Source of the DNA: an uncultured Pseudomonadota bacterium | Lineage (GTDB): Bacteria; Pseudomonadota; Gammaproteobacteria; Steroidobacterales; Steroidobacteraceae | DNA length: 64,000 bases | Reading direction: 5' to 3' | Assembly: GCA_903885195.1 (NCBI GenBank) | Contig: CAISHQ010000032.1 | Span: 11,192-75,191 of the forward strand | Shown here: in pieces, positions 1 through 10,058 of the stretch | How the letters are laid out: every line of letters starts with the position of its first letter | Numbering within the stretch: position 1 is the first letter of the stretch | Made by a program: the position numbers and the translations under genes | The notes under the pieces: generated by a model | The model's database searches: none | What the model was told of the DNA's origin: nothing | The model's input: the letters and a program-made list of their open reading frames with translations, nothing else

Positions 1-546
1 CAGGTGTTCGAACGCGTCGGCGTACCGGCGGCACCCCACCTCATCAACCTCGTCGTCGTCATTGCCGCCTTGTCGAGCATGAACTGCAATTTATACACGG
101 CTACACGCACGCTGTTTTCGCTGTCGCGCGGTGGCTACGCACCGGCGTTTCTCGGGCGCGTCTCGAAGAGCGGCATACCGCTGCCCGCGCTGCTCGCAAC
201 GGGCTCCGGTCTTCTGGTAGCCGTGATCCTCGCCACCGTGCTGCCGCAGGGGGCGTACTTCTATCTGTTCGGCGTGGCGCTGTTCGCAGCGCTGTTCGTA
301 TGGCTCGTCTGCTTCATCAGCCATCTGCGTTTTCGTCGTGCCTGGGCCCAGCGCACGGACGCTACGCCGCCGCTGCGCCTGCGCGGTGGGTCTAGCCTTT
401 CACTGTTCGGCGCACTCGCCATCGTCGCCATCATGCTCACGACCTGGTGGGTCCCGGCCATGCGTGTCACCTTACTGGTAGGTCTGCCGTGGCTTGCCGG
501 GGTGTCGCTGATTTACTTCGTTGTCTTCAGGAAAAAGACCCCATGA
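1..546 (+). CDS. Amino acid permease (APC superfamily), C-terminal fragment; the 5' end lies outside the window
   Basis: Hydrophobic multi-TM translation (NLVVVIAALSSMNCNLYTATRTLFSLSRGGYAP...) is typical of APC amino-acid transporters. The ORF is open to the window edge. Its stop overlaps the next start (ATGA at 543-546). Confidence 0.8.
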   Translation, partial: QVFERVGVPAAPHLINLVVVIAALSSMNCNLYTATRTLFSLSRGGYAPAFLGRVSKSGIPLPALLATGSGLLVAVILATVLPQGAYFYLFGVALFAALFVWLVCFISHLRFRRAWAQRTDATPPLRLRGGSSLSLFGALAIVAIMLTTWWVPAMRVTLLVGLPWLAGVSLIYFVVFRKKTP

Positions 547-1910
547 ACCTGAAATTCTCGCTGTGGCTTTGCATTGGCATGGCGATGGCGCTCTTCGTCT
601 CGAATGAAGGCATCGCGGCTGACACAGCCAAGATCGCCTTCGAGCGCGTCAATCTGGTCGATGGTCGCGGCGGTCCGGTGCAGCCGGAGATGACGGTGAT
701 CGTCCAAGACGGACGATTCACGGTGGTTCGGCCCGCCGCGCTCGTGTCGGCTGCGGATCTTGCCGGTGCACGACGCATCGATGGTCGGGGCCGTTATCTG
801 ATGCCGGGGCTCGTCGACATGCACGTACATCTCGAGGGTGGCGTGACCGTGACGCCGAATGGCTTACGTGAAGCCAGCAACGATCGTGGCCGTGGTGCTG
901 CAGCGCTCGCGAGCTATCTCTACTCCGGCGTGACCTCGATCTACGACGCCGGCAACGTCCCGGACTATATCTTTGGTCTGCGCAACGAGGAGCGTGCGGG
1001 TCGCATCGCTGCACCGCGGATCTTTGCCACCGGCGGCATCGTCACCTATCCCGGCAGCCACGGCTCGGGGCCGGGGTCAGTCGACATCGACGCCTGGCCT
1101 GTCGGCCGGCAAGCGCTCGACGCCTTGCTCGAGCGCAAGCCCGACATGGTCAAGCTCACGCTGGAGGAGCGTGGCTGGGGTGCGCGCCCCATGATTCCGG
1201 CGCTGCCCGATGAGTTGCTGCGTTCGATCATCCGCCGGATCAACGAAGCGGGTTTTCGAACTACGGTGCATGTCTCGAGCGAGTTACGTGCGACGCAGGC
1301 GATCTTCGCCGCAGCCGACACGCTGGCGCATCCGGTGATCCAGGGGCCGGCAAGCGAGCAATATTTTCGTCTGCTCGCTGCGAAGGGCACGCCGGTGGTG
1401 ACCACTTTGACCATTGGCGAGAACTACTCGCGCCTCGTCGAGCAGCCGGAATATCTCGACGAGCCGCTATACCGCAAGTCGTTGAGTGCGGAGCAGATCA
1501 GTGCGCTGCGCGGCAGCACTCGGAACGCCTGGCGCGAATCGCTGTGGACGCACTGGATGAAGTTGATGACGCCGGTGGCGATGGAGAATCTGCGCAAGCT
1601 GCATGAGGCGGGCGGTGTGCTGGTGCTCGGGACCGATCAGACCTTGGGCCCTGCGGTGCATCGCGAACTTGAACTCTTGCAGCAGGCCGGGATTCCGGCT
1701 GCCGCACTGACGCGCATCGCCACGTTGAACGGAGCGATCTTCCTCGGGCGCGCCGCGCAGGCGGGCTCTATCGAGGCAGGCAAGGAAGCGGACGCACTGT
1801 TGCTGTCGAAAGACCCGACACGGGACATTCGTAACGCCCGCCAGATCGAGCAGGTCATGAAGGCCGGCAAGCTCATCGATCGCGAGGCACTGCCGCTCGC
1901 GGGGCGTTGA
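543..1910 (+). CDS. Secreted amidohydrolase-family metal-dependent hydrolase
   Basis: There is an N-terminal signal peptide from ATG 543 (MNLKFSLWLCIGMAMALFVSNEGIAA). PGLVDMHVHLEGG is a metal-binding HxH-type motif. The C-terminal part (GTDQ..., EAGKEADALLL) is typical of the amidohydrolase fold. Confidence 0.8.
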   Translation: MNLKFSLWLCIGMAMALFVSNEGIAADTAKIAFERVNLVDGRGGPVQPEMTVIVQDGRFTVVRPAALVSAADLAGARRIDGRGRYLMPGLVDMHVHLEGGVTVTPNGLREASNDRGRGAAALASYLYSGVTSIYDAGNVPDYIFGLRNEERAGRIAAPRIFATGGIVTYPGSHGSGPGSVDIDAWPVGRQALDALLERKPDMVKLTLEERGWGARPMIPALPDELLRSIIRRINEAGFRTTVHVSSELRATQAIFAAADTLAHPVIQGPASEQYFRLLAAKGTPVVTTLTIGENYSRLVEQPEYLDEPLYRKSLSAEQISALRGSTRNAWRESLWTHWMKLMTPVAMENLRKLHEAGGVLVLGTDQTLGPAVHRELELLQQAGIPAAALTRIATLNGAIFLGRAAQAGSIEAGKEADALLLSKDPTRDIRNARQIEQVMKAGKLIDREALPLAGR

Positions 1911-2009
1911 GCGCGCGACGTTCGTCAATTCTTCTCGTGACCGTCACACGCGCTACACATTGACCCGCCAACGTCACCCCCTGACGCTAAACAGCGCGGG
2001 TGCCGGGTC

Positions 2010-3332
2010 ATGAGAAAGTCGTTCTTCGTTTTTGCAGTAATCGGGTTATGCGTTATCGCGGGCCCGGCACGGGCGCATGAGGGCCATGCCGCCTCCGCAG
2101 CCAAAGAGCGCCGGGCCGTCGCGCCTGCAGGATGGTGGAAAGGAAACACGCATACGCATACGTGGTGGAGTGATGGTGACAGCCCTCCGGAGTCCGTAGC
2201 AGGGTGGTATCGCGAGCGTGACTACAACTTTCTGGTGCTCAGCGATCACAACCGAATGCAGGAGGGCGAGTTCTGGTATCGAGTGGATACCGACGCCAAG
2301 CGCGAGGCGCTCAAGCAGTACCGCGAGAAGTTCGGGGACGATTGGGTCGAGCGTCGCGTTCGTGACAACATCACCGAAGTGAAACTCAAGACACTCGAGG
2401 AGTTTCGCAGTTTCTTCGAGGCGCGTGATCAATTTATCTTCATCCGCGGGATGGAAATCACCGATCGACTTGATACGCACCCGGTACATGTGAACGGCGT
2501 GAATCTCGAGCGCAGCATCGTGCCGCAAGGCGGCGGATCGGTGGCGGAGATGGTGCAGAAGAATCTCGATGCCGTGATCGAGCAGGGTCGCCGCAGTGGG
2601 CGGCCGATGTTTGCGCACGTCAATCATCCCAACTTCTATCAGGCTATTACCGCAGAGGATCTGGTCGCGCTCGATCACGAGACCGGCGAAGGGTTCTTCG
2701 AGGTGTACAACGGACACTCCGGAGTGAGAAACGAGGGCGATGCGCGTTTCCCCGGCGTCGAGCAAATGTGGGATATCGTGCTCGCTCGTCGTATCGGCGA
2801 ACGAAAAACCACTATTACGTATGGTGTCGCGACGGATGACGCCCATGAGTACACCAAGTGGGGTCTTCGTTCAGTCAATCCCGGTCGGGGATGGGTGATG
2901 GTACGAGCTCCGCGCCTGACGCCCGACAGCATCTCCGCTGCAATGAAGCGGGGTGACTTCTACAACAGCACTGGCGTCACGCTGAAGTCTCTCGAACGCG
3001 CTGGCAAGACGCTCGCGGTGGAGATCGCTGCAGAGCCGGACGTCACATACACCGTCGAGTTTATCGGCACGCGGCGCAGCGCGTCACTGGTTGGTACGGA
3101 CAATGCGGGTGCCGAGACCAACATGCCTCAGGGCAGAGCGTCGTTACGCTACGGCAGTTCGATCGGCGAAGTGCTGTCCCGAGTCGAGGGGACAAAAGCC
3201 AGCTATACGTTGAAGGGCGACGAACTTTACGTTCGAGCGCGAATCATCTCTTCGAAGCCGCACCCGAATCCATATGCCGCAGGCGATCGCGAGATGGCAT
3301 GGACGCAGCCGTTGCTGGGAACTGCGGACTGA
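2010..3332 (+). CDS. Secreted PHP/CehA-like metal-dependent phosphoesterase
   Basis: A signal peptide is followed by GNTHTHTWWSDGD and LVLSDHN histidine clusters, as in the PHP / polymerase-histidinol-phosphatase-like fold. Confidence 0.65.
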   Translation: MRKSFFVFAVIGLCVIAGPARAHEGHAASAAKERRAVAPAGWWKGNTHTHTWWSDGDSPPESVAGWYRERDYNFLVLSDHNRMQEGEFWYRVDTDAKREALKQYREKFGDDWVERRVRDNITEVKLKTLEEFRSFFEARDQFIFIRGMEITDRLDTHPVHVNGVNLERSIVPQGGGSVAEMVQKNLDAVIEQGRRSGRPMFAHVNHPNFYQAITAEDLVALDHETGEGFFEVYNGHSGVRNEGDARFPGVEQMWDIVLARRIGERKTTITYGVATDDAHEYTKWGLRSVNPGRGWVMVRAPRLTPDSISAAMKRGDFYNSTGVTLKSLERAGKTLAVEIAAEPDVTYTVEFIGTRRSASLVGTDNAGAETNMPQGRASLRYGSSIGEVLSRVEGTKASYTLKGDELYVRARIISSKPHPNPYAAGDREMAWTQPLLGTAD

Positions 3333-3456
3333 CTCAGTTTCGTCGACTTAACTTTACTGCAACCCGACCATCATTTTGTCTTCATCTGCATCGTCGTAAA
3401 TAGCGTGCCGCTGCACCGCAGCGCGCATGACGACAACACGATTGCAGGTGAGGATC

Positions 3457-6027
3457 ATGACATCGAACAAGACAGGTTGGCTTCGCCGCAGCTTTACTGC
3501 GGTTCTTTCGGGAATTCTCGTGCTGTGCGCAGCGCAGCACGGTGTGGCGGCGGATGCAGCGGCAACGCCCGCTAACGCGGCGGAGCTCGAGGAGGTGATC
3601 ATCGAGGGTCGCCGCGTCCGCGAGGAAATGTCCACCGTCGCGTTCGACTCCGCGAAGTTCGGCAGTCAAGTTCAAATCATCACCTCAGCTGAAGTGGACA
3701 CGGGCGGGTTCACTAACTTCGGTGAGCTTGCTGCGGGGCTGATTCGTGGCGCGAACATCGGCTACTCGCCCGATGAGGGCGAGTTCACCATTCGCATCGA
3801 CGGCGGTTCCGATCGAGATACGTTGCTGCTGCTCGATGGGGTTCCTACTTTCGATCGTGGCACGCCGCTCGAGGACCTCTGGGGCGCGACGGCGATCGAT
3901 CCGCGCATGATTGACAGCGTCGAAATCCTGCGCGGTGGCCAAAGTCTGTACTACGGCGGTAACGGTGGTCTCGGTGTCGTTTCCGTTCGCTACAAGGAAC
4001 CTGCTGGAGAGCTCAAGGGCGAGTTCGGCGCGTATTACGGCGACTTCAAGACTCGGGAGGTCTACGGTAACGTGTCCTACCCGATCGACGATGCCGGTGC
4101 GCACAGCGTGATGTTCTACGGCAGGTCCTATGAGACCGATGCCCACGAAATTTTCAGCCCGACCGCTTACAACGACGTGGTACTCGAACTCGGTGGCTAT
4201 CACGAGTTCCCGTACACCTACAACCTGATCGGTGGAAAGTACCGGTGGAACATCAACGACGATACGGTGCTCAAGGCCGGCGTCGAGTTGGCAACGGTCG
4301 ATTTCCGTGATTCGTTTCCGAACGATCACATATTCAACCTGAACTACACCGACTATCCGAAGTTCCAGGCGAGCGTCACGACGAAGTTTCGTGACAATGT
4401 GTTCTTCGAGGCCGAGGCATTCTTCCAGAACCCTCAGTTGAAGAATTCGGAGGTCGATGCCCAGCTGTGCCGAATCCCGCAGGGCGTGCTGAATCCGGCC
4501 ACGAAAAGACCCTTCACTTTGGCGTCCGACTATGAGTCTTACGCCCGAGCCAACGGCCTGCCGGTGGGGTGCATCACCAATCCCGAGACCAGCACGAAGG
4601 CGGATCGGACGTCGCGTGACGGGTTCTATGTGGACGCGCAGGGTCGCATTCTCGGAACGCAGCAGAATCCGTTCCCGATCGGTGCGCCGATGGGCTACGT
4701 GATCCAGACCGTCGCCAACTTCGGCACGGGAATCCCGGTGAAGGGCTTCGGTATCGGTACGCAGTATGCGGCCGGTTACAAGGAATACGGACTCAATGCG
4801 CGAACGAAGTTCGTCTGGAACGACAGCCTGGAAACGGTGATCGGTGCCCAGACGGTAACGTCGCAGGATGACTCCGCGATCGAGTACGGCGTGTCGGACC
4901 AGAAGATTGTCTCGAATGGCATCTATGCCGATCTTCGTGCCAACCTCGACTTCCTCGAGGGCACGGCGTTGTCGCTCGCCGCGCGGCAGGATTTCAACAA
5001 TATCTTCAACGATACGTTCATCTGGCGCGCAAGCATCCGTCAGGAGTTTCCGCGGGGTTACTACGTCCGCGGCAGTGCGGGCACGTCCTACGCGAACCCG
5101 CGTGCGCAGGAGCTCGGGCTGTATGCCAACAGCCGCAACAATCCGACGCTCAAGACTCAGGAGGTTGAGACTTTCGGGCTTGGCACCGGCGTCAACGGCG
5201 AGTTCCGCGGCGGCACCTTCAACGTCGAGGTGGGCTACTTCGACACGGAAATCAGCAATCTGTTCGGCAGCGCAGCCATTCGCGATGTTTGTCCGGGTGT
5301 CGATCCAACGCGAACACTGAACCCCAACATCATCACGCCGGTCGAGTTTTGTTCGAACTATCTCAACTACGGTCTGACGCCGCTCGACGTCGCAACCTTC
5401 AACACCAAGGCAGTGCAGGACATCAAGGGTTACACGCTCGACATTGCCTTCGATCTCGATCAGTGGACGCTGGACTTCAGCTTCACCAAGCAGGAGTCGC
5501 TCGAGCCCAACCCTATGTTCGGTTTGACGGCGGTGCGCGCGCAGACTGGCGCAGCATTGACCTCGGTGGTTCCGGGCCGCGCTGGTAGCGAGCCGTTCCG
5601 CCAGTCCGGTGAGCGTCCCGAGTGGATGGCCTCTGCTCTCCTGACGTACAACCCGTCCGACCGCTGGATCATCTCGCTCAATCCGCGCTGGCAGGGGCCA
5701 GAGTATCTCTACGTTCAGAACAATGCGGCGCGACTCGTGAATGCGGCAGGTGAGCGCACCAATCCAGACGTCAACTTCGGTGACTATTTTGTACTCAATG
5801 CCTCAGTGCAGCATTTCATGGGAGATGAGAAGCAGCATCGCTTGATGCTGAGAGTGGTCAACGTGTTTGACGAGAAGTATTTCGAGCGCGGTGGCGCCAC
5901 GGATCGAGCGATCTCGCGTGCCGGCGTACGTGGCGAAATCGGCCCGAACAATCCTGACTACTTCTACACGTACGGCTGGAACGGTAAGCCGCTGTCCTTC
6001 TACTTCCAGTACGAGTACCGATTCTGA
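3457..6027 (+). CDS. TonB-dependent outer-membrane receptor
   Basis: Signal peptide; plug-domain motifs (EEVIIEG, VEILRGGQSLYYGGNGGLGVVSV); long beta-barrel region; C-terminal aromatic ending YEYRF. ATG 3457 has a GGTGAGGA Shine-Dalgarno sequence. An upstream ATG at 3427 is also possible. Confidence 0.9.
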   Translation: MTSNKTGWLRRSFTAVLSGILVLCAAQHGVAADAAATPANAAELEEVIIEGRRVREEMSTVAFDSAKFGSQVQIITSAEVDTGGFTNFGELAAGLIRGANIGYSPDEGEFTIRIDGGSDRDTLLLLDGVPTFDRGTPLEDLWGATAIDPRMIDSVEILRGGQSLYYGGNGGLGVVSVRYKEPAGELKGEFGAYYGDFKTREVYGNVSYPIDDAGAHSVMFYGRSYETDAHEIFSPTAYNDVVLELGGYHEFPYTYNLIGGKYRWNINDDTVLKAGVELATVDFRDSFPNDHIFNLNYTDYPKFQASVTTKFRDNVFFEAEAFFQNPQLKNSEVDAQLCRIPQGVLNPATKRPFTLASDYESYARANGLPVGCITNPETSTKADRTSRDGFYVDAQGRILGTQQNPFPIGAPMGYVIQTVANFGTGIPVKGFGIGTQYAAGYKEYGLNARTKFVWNDSLETVIGAQTVTSQDDSAIEYGVSDQKIVSNGIYADLRANLDFLEGTALSLAARQDFNNIFNDTFIWRASIRQEFPRGYYVRGSAGTSYANPRAQELGLYANSRNNPTLKTQEVETFGLGTGVNGEFRGGTFNVEVGYFDTEISNLFGSAAIRDVCPGVDPTRTLNPNIITPVEFCSNYLNYGLTPLDVATFNTKAVQDIKGYTLDIAFDLDQWTLDFSFTKQESLEPNPMFGLTAVRAQTGAALTSVVPGRAGSEPFRQSGERPEWMASALLTYNPSDRWIISLNPRWQGPEYLYVQNNAARLVNAAGERTNPDVNFGDYFVLNASVQHFMGDEKQHRLMLRVVNVFDEKYFERGGATDRAISRAGVRGEIGPNNPDYFYTYGWNGKPLSFYFQYEYRF

Positions 6028-7559
6028 TGAGCGACCGAAGACAGTTCATCGTCGCGCTCGGTGCGGCGACACTACTGCCGGACCTGAAGGCCAGTACAAC
6101 GCGTGATCCTTTCACGCTGGGGGTTGCCTCAGGGTCTCCGCGTGATACGAGCGTGGTCCTGTGGACGCGGTTGGCGCCCGACCCGCTGAACGGCGGCGGA
6201 ATGCCAGCGGGTCGCGTCGAGGTGGAGTACCGAGTGTATGCGGACGAGAGTCGGCAACGGCTGGTACAGCGCGGTACGGTCGAAACCTCAGAGCACAAAG
6301 CCCATTCGGTGCATGTTCTCGTGCGCGGTCTTGAGCCGGGTCGGGAATATTGGTACCAGTTCCGTCACGGCGATGCGCTCAGTCCGCTCGGTCGTACTCG
6401 GACCACCGATATGAAGGCGGGTCGGGCGCGGCTTGCGTTGGCAAGCTGCAACTCGTACGAGTCCGGTCGGTTTGCGGCCTACGCCGACATGGCGAAGTGG
6501 GCGCCCGACTGTGTGATCCACGTGGGCGATTACATCTATGAGGGTGCGGCGGCGGCGCTCGGGGTGACGCGCCGCAGGGTTGGCGCGGTCGAGTTGAGTT
6601 TCGAGACCGTACGCCAGCACAACGGGGCTGAGACCGTCACCCTCTGGGACTACCGGAACCGCTATGCCCTTTACCGCAGCGACGCGCAGCTGCAGGCCGC
6701 GCATGCCGCGAGTCCCTGGATCGTCGCGCTCGATGATCACGAGATCGACAACAACTGGGCGGGTGATGTGCCCCAGGACCCCTGGGCGCAGACTCGGCTC
6801 GAATTCAAGGTTCGCAAACTGGCGGCGCTGCAAGCCTACTACGAGCACATGCCGATCGAGCAGCCGCCGCAACTTGCGGGACTCGACACTCATTTGCAGT
6901 TGTACGGCGCGTATCGCTTCGGTCCTGCGCAGGTTCACTTGCTCGATACCCGGCAGTATCGCTCCGACCAGGTCTGTGGTCAGGGCTTCCCTGGCGATGA
7001 GCCGTGTGAAGCTTTGCAGGATCCGCGCCTGACGATGCTGGGCACGACCCAGGAACAGTGGCTGGTCGAGACGCTGCGCCGATCGACGGCACGCTACAAC
7101 GTGCTCGCCTCCCAAACCTGGTTTGCACCGTTTCGCTACAACGCGCCGCCGGCTGCGCCGCGAATCAATATGGACCAGTGGGACGGGTATCCGCTCGAGC
7201 GACAGCGGATGATCGAGTTGCTGGCGAGTGGAGTGGCCAATCCCGTTGTGCTGAGCGGTGACTGGCATGCCTCAGCGGCCATGCGCATCCATCGTGATCC
7301 GTGGAACACGCGCAGTCCGCGGGTGGGTCACAATCTCTGCGGTACGTCGATTTCTTCGCACTGCCCGTGGTCAGGTGCCATGCGCGATGCGCTGCAAGAC
7401 AACCCTCACGTGGATCATCTCAACGGAGATCGTCGGGGATATCTGCGTTGTGATGTGGACTCGGGTGGCTGGCGCAGCGAGTTTCGCGTCGTCGAGGACC
7501 CGCGGCAGGCCGATTCTGCCGTGCGCACCGAACTTGAAATCCGCTTGCAGGACGTTTGA
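6027..7559 (+). CDS. phoD: Alkaline phosphatase D family protein (PhoD-like), Tat-exported
   Basis: Twin-arginine signal MSDRRQFIVALGAATLL. PhoD-type metallophosphatase motifs (VIHVGDYIYE, ALDDHEIDNNW, WDGY, LSGDWH). Overlaps the receptor stop by 1 nt (TGATG). Confidence 0.85.
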   Translation: MSDRRQFIVALGAATLLPDLKASTTRDPFTLGVASGSPRDTSVVLWTRLAPDPLNGGGMPAGRVEVEYRVYADESRQRLVQRGTVETSEHKAHSVHVLVRGLEPGREYWYQFRHGDALSPLGRTRTTDMKAGRARLALASCNSYESGRFAAYADMAKWAPDCVIHVGDYIYEGAAAALGVTRRRVGAVELSFETVRQHNGAETVTLWDYRNRYALYRSDAQLQAAHAASPWIVALDDHEIDNNWAGDVPQDPWAQTRLEFKVRKLAALQAYYEHMPIEQPPQLAGLDTHLQLYGAYRFGPAQVHLLDTRQYRSDQVCGQGFPGDEPCEALQDPRLTMLGTTQEQWLVETLRRSTARYNVLASQTWFAPFRYNAPPAAPRINMDQWDGYPLERQRMIELLASGVANPVVLSGDWHASAAMRIHRDPWNTRSPRVGHNLCGTSISSHCPWSGAMRDALQDNPHVDHLNGDRRGYLRCDVDSGGWRSEFRVVEDPRQADSAVRTELEIRLQDV

Positions 7560-7560
7560 T

Positions 7561-8049
7561 TCAGTCGCGGAAGTTTTCGAAAGACAGCGGCCGATCGAAC
7601 TTCTCTCGGCGCAGCAGCGCGATGGTCTCCTGCAGATCGTCGCGCTGCTTGCCCGTGACTCGAACCTTGTCGCCGTGGATGCCGGCTTGCACCTTCAGCC
7701 GCGAGTCCTTGATCAGCTTGACGATCTTTTTGCCGCAATCCTGATCGATGCCGTGACGCAGCAGAACGTCCTGACGCGCTTCGGCGAGGTTGGTTTGCGC
7801 GTCTTTCACCTCGAGGCAGGCAACGTCGATACCGCGTTTGACGACCTTCAGCTTGAGAATCTCCAGCATTTGCTTGAGCTGGAAATCCACCTCGGCCTTC
7901 AGGTGCACGATGACTTCCTTGGGCTTGAGTTCGAATTTGCAACCCGTGTCCTTGAAGTCGAAGCGCTGCGATAGCTCGCGATTGGCCTGATCCACCGCGT
8001 TGGTCAACTCGTGCATGTTGATTTCGGAGACCACATCGAACGAGGGCAT
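7561..8049 (-). CDS. yajQ: YajQ family nucleotide / cyclic-di-GMP-binding protein
   Basis: [35 protein letters not shown]... is full-length YajQ/UPF0234-like at about 162 aa. The internal ATG at 8049 is used rather than the ORF-track start. Confidence 0.9.
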   Translation of the reverse strand: MPSFDVVSEINMHELTNAVDQANRELSQRFDFKDTGCKFELKPKEVIVHLKAEVDFQLKQMLEILKLKVVKRGIDVACLEVKDAQTNLAEARQDVLLRHGIDQDCGKKIVKLIKDSRLKVQAGIHGDKVRVTGKQRDDLQETIALLRREKFDRPLSFENFRD

Positions 8050-8053
8050 GGCT

Positions 8054-9304
8054 TCAGCTCCGCGGGGCAGGTTCGGAAAGCAACGCATCGACCGTCGACG
8101 TGAAATCCGCCACGAGCTTCTCGTAATGCTTGCCTGTGGCGGGTCCCGAGAATCCCGTATGGATCTTGCGAACTACGCCGGTGCGATCGATGAACAGAGT
8201 CGTCGGAAAAGCGAACACGCCGTTCAGCTGCGGCAGACGCGAGGCTGCATCGTCCTTGTCCGAGGTGCCGGCGATCAGCGTGGTGTAGTCGATGTTGTAG
8301 CGATCGCGGAAGCGGTACACCGCTTCGGCAGCCTGTGGGAAGTCGCCGAACTGCTCGAACATCAGCGAGATGATCTCGAGTCCCGCAGCCCGCTTTTGGC
8401 GGTGCAGCTCGGCGAGAAACGCTGCCTCGTCGTGGCAGTTGGGGCACCAACTGCCGGCCAGCGTCACGATCACGACTTTACCGCGGAAGTAGGGATCCGA
8501 GAGCGAGATGTTCGCGCCGCTGACATCGGGAAAGCGGAAGTCGAGTCGCTGACCGCCCGCCTTGAGTTGCGTGGCGTTCTCCGCCTCGCCAATCGAGGCG
8601 TTCTCGTCACGCCGGGCACTCCAGGCCTCGACCCAGGCGAGACCCGACCAAAACTGTCCCTGCAGTTGGCCGTTTGCATCGAGCGTCGCGCGGTAGAGGA
8701 AGACATGACCGCCATCGAACTTCGATAGACGCAGTTCGCCATTACGCCACTCGCCTGCGAGAAAACGATGATCGCCGGTGGTGGTGAGGAACGTGCCCGT
8801 GACAAGTTCGCCCGTCTGCGTGAACTCGCCCACACCCGGAGAGGGTTTGCCGTTACCGTCGAAGGTGACGGCCCATCGACCTGTCAGGTTGACGGGGGAG
8901 GACGTCGTCGCGGCAGCGTCGCGACTGAAGCGCCAGCTGTCGCCGAAGTTCGCGGTGAACGGGATTTGCTGATGGGCGCCTTTCGCCTTGATCATGGTGA
9001 GCGTGCCGCGAAGCCGACCGCCCTCGAGTGTCGCCACGATGCGATTCTCGAAACCGGGCATGCGCAGCGTGAGTTCGGTGCCGCTCAGCGTCACTTCCGT
9101 GATCCGAACACGATCTGGTCCATTGACCAGCGTGACCACGGGCGCCCCGTTCGCTTGCGCGACCTCGAACGTGAACGGCAGCTCGCCACCCGGTATTTGC
9201 AGCACGGCACGCCACGTGCCTTCCTTAAGTTCAGCGGTGTCGGGGCCAGTGCGGGTACAGGAACTCATGAGCACACAGAGTAATAAAGACAGCAGTCTTT
9301 TCAT
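8054..9304 (-). CDS. Lipoprotein with a C-terminal TlpA-like thioredoxin-fold (thiol:disulfide oxidoreductase) domain
   Basis: Lipobox LMSSC at the N-terminus. [10 protein letters not shown] is a CxxC motif in an AhpC/TSA/TlpA-like C-terminal domain. The N-terminal domain of about 250 aa is not recognised. Confidence 0.8.
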   Translation of the reverse strand: MKRLLSLLLCVLMSSCTRTGPDTAELKEGTWRAVLQIPGGELPFTFEVAQANGAPVVTLVNGPDRVRITEVTLSGTELTLRMPGFENRIVATLEGGRLRGTLTMIKAKGAHQQIPFTANFGDSWRFSRDAAATTSSPVNLTGRWAVTFDGNGKPSPGVGEFTQTGELVTGTFLTTTGDHRFLAGEWRNGELRLSKFDGGHVFLYRATLDANGQLQGQFWSGLAWVEAWSARRDENASIGEAENATQLKAGGQRLDFRFPDVSGANISLSDPYFRGKVVIVTLAGSWCPNCHDEAAFLAELHRQKRAAGLEIISLMFEQFGDFPQAAEAVYRFRDRYNIDYTTLIAGTSDKDDAASRLPQLNGVFAFPTTLFIDRTGVVRKIHTGFSGPATGKHYEKLVADFTSTVDALLSEPAPRS

Positions 9305-9324
9305 CGTAGCGATTATACGGGCAA

Positions 9325-9813
9325 TCAGCGCGCCGGCCCGGGTATCCAGACGAGCGCGACCTCGTTGACCACGAGGTCGGACTTGCGCGGCGCGAGCGTC
9401 ATCTCACGCAGTGCCACCGTGTCGGCAGCGACTGTAGCGGACAGCGCGGCGACCTCCGCCTCGCACTCCTCCTGCAAAGCCTCCCAGCGTTGTCGGAGTT
9501 CCTCGAGGGTCTCGTCGGCCGGGTCGAGCCAAGGTTTGAAATCGGTTGCTGCCAACTGCGGAAAGGTCAGCATCAGATTACCGAGATCACCCTTGGGGTC
9601 GATGCAGATGGCGGGGATGCCATCGATCGCAGCCTCTTCGAGCAGTGCAAGACAGAGGCCCGTCTTGCCGCTGCCGGTCATGCCGACGCACACCGCATGC
9701 GTAGTCAGGTCCCTTGAGTCGTAAAGGACGAGGTCTTGCGTGGCCGCGCGGGTGGCCGCATCGAACTGCCGGCCCAGATAGAACAGACCCATTTTTTCGT
9801 AATCGACGCTCAT
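9325..9813 (-). pseudogene. In-frame deletion remnant of a large HerA/DUF87-like P-loop ATPase (162 aa retained)
   Basis: The N-terminus ([14 protein letters not shown]...[48 protein letters not shown]) matches the start of ATP-binding proteins of about 800 aa or more. It runs directly into a segment resembling their extreme C-terminus (...[17 protein letters not shown]). No Walker B or central region is present. Confidence 0.5.
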
Positions 9814-9871
9814 GACAGATATTGTCGATGTTCGCCGTGGGGACAGGGAAGAGGGCCTCTGTCAGAGTGGC

Positions 9872-9901
9872 TTGACGGCGCTTTAAGCCGACGGCGATAC
9901 T
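9872..9901 (+). promoter_or_regulatory. Candidate sigma70 promoter of the trp operon (TTGACG-N18-GATACT)
   Basis: TTGACG at 9872-9877 and GATACT at 9896-9901 have an 18-nt spacer. They lie 6 nt upstream of the leader-peptide ATG, which has no Shine-Dalgarno sequence. Confidence 0.3.
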
Positions 9902-9907
9902 CGACCC

Positions 9908-9955
9908 ATGACCCGTATCGCTCGTCCCTGGCTGCATTGGTGGCGCCGCTCCTGA
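9908..9955 (+). CDS. trpL: trp operon leader peptide MTRIARPWLHWWRRS (3 Trp codons in 15, including a tandem WW)
   Basis: Read directly: ATG ACC CGT ATC GCT CGT CCC TGG CTG CAT TGG TGG CGC CGC TCC TGA. The ORF is too short for the ORF track. It sits upstream of the alternative hairpins and terminator that precede trpE. Confidence 0.75.
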   Translation: MTRIARPWLHWWRRS

Positions 9956-10033
9956 AGGAGTGGGCGTGGGACGCTGCGTTCGGCAACGAACAGACACACA
10001 CAGGATCTAGCAACCCAAACCCATCTCCGGACG
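9946..10033 (+). promoter_or_regulatory. trp attenuator alternative structures (1:2 pause hairpin and 2:3 antiterminator)
   Basis: CCGCTCC (9946-9952), TGAA, GGAGTGG (9957-9963) form a hairpin spanning the leader stop codon. GGAGTGGG (9957-9964) can instead pair with CCCATCTCC (10021-10029, one bulge), which is the 5' arm of the terminator. Confidence 0.6.
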
Positions 10034-10058
10034 CTCTCCGGGATGGGTTTTTTGTTTC
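10020..10058 (+). terminator. Intrinsic terminator (attenuator 3:4 hairpin) directly abutting the trpE start codon
   Basis: ACCCATC(T)CCGGA, loop CGCTC, then TCCGGGATGGGT gives a 12-bp stem with a 1-nt bulge, followed by TTTTTTGTTT. The trpE ATG is at 10059. Confidence 0.8.

Noticed and set aside
1925-2009. Pho boxes upstream of the PHP-like gene (GTCAC repeats) and upstream of the TonB-dependent receptor (TTGTCTTCATCTGCATC, 3385-3405).
   Set aside because: The matches to CTGTCAT-N4-CTGTCAT are poor, with two or more mismatches per half-site. They cannot be distinguished from chance without a lineage-specific matrix.
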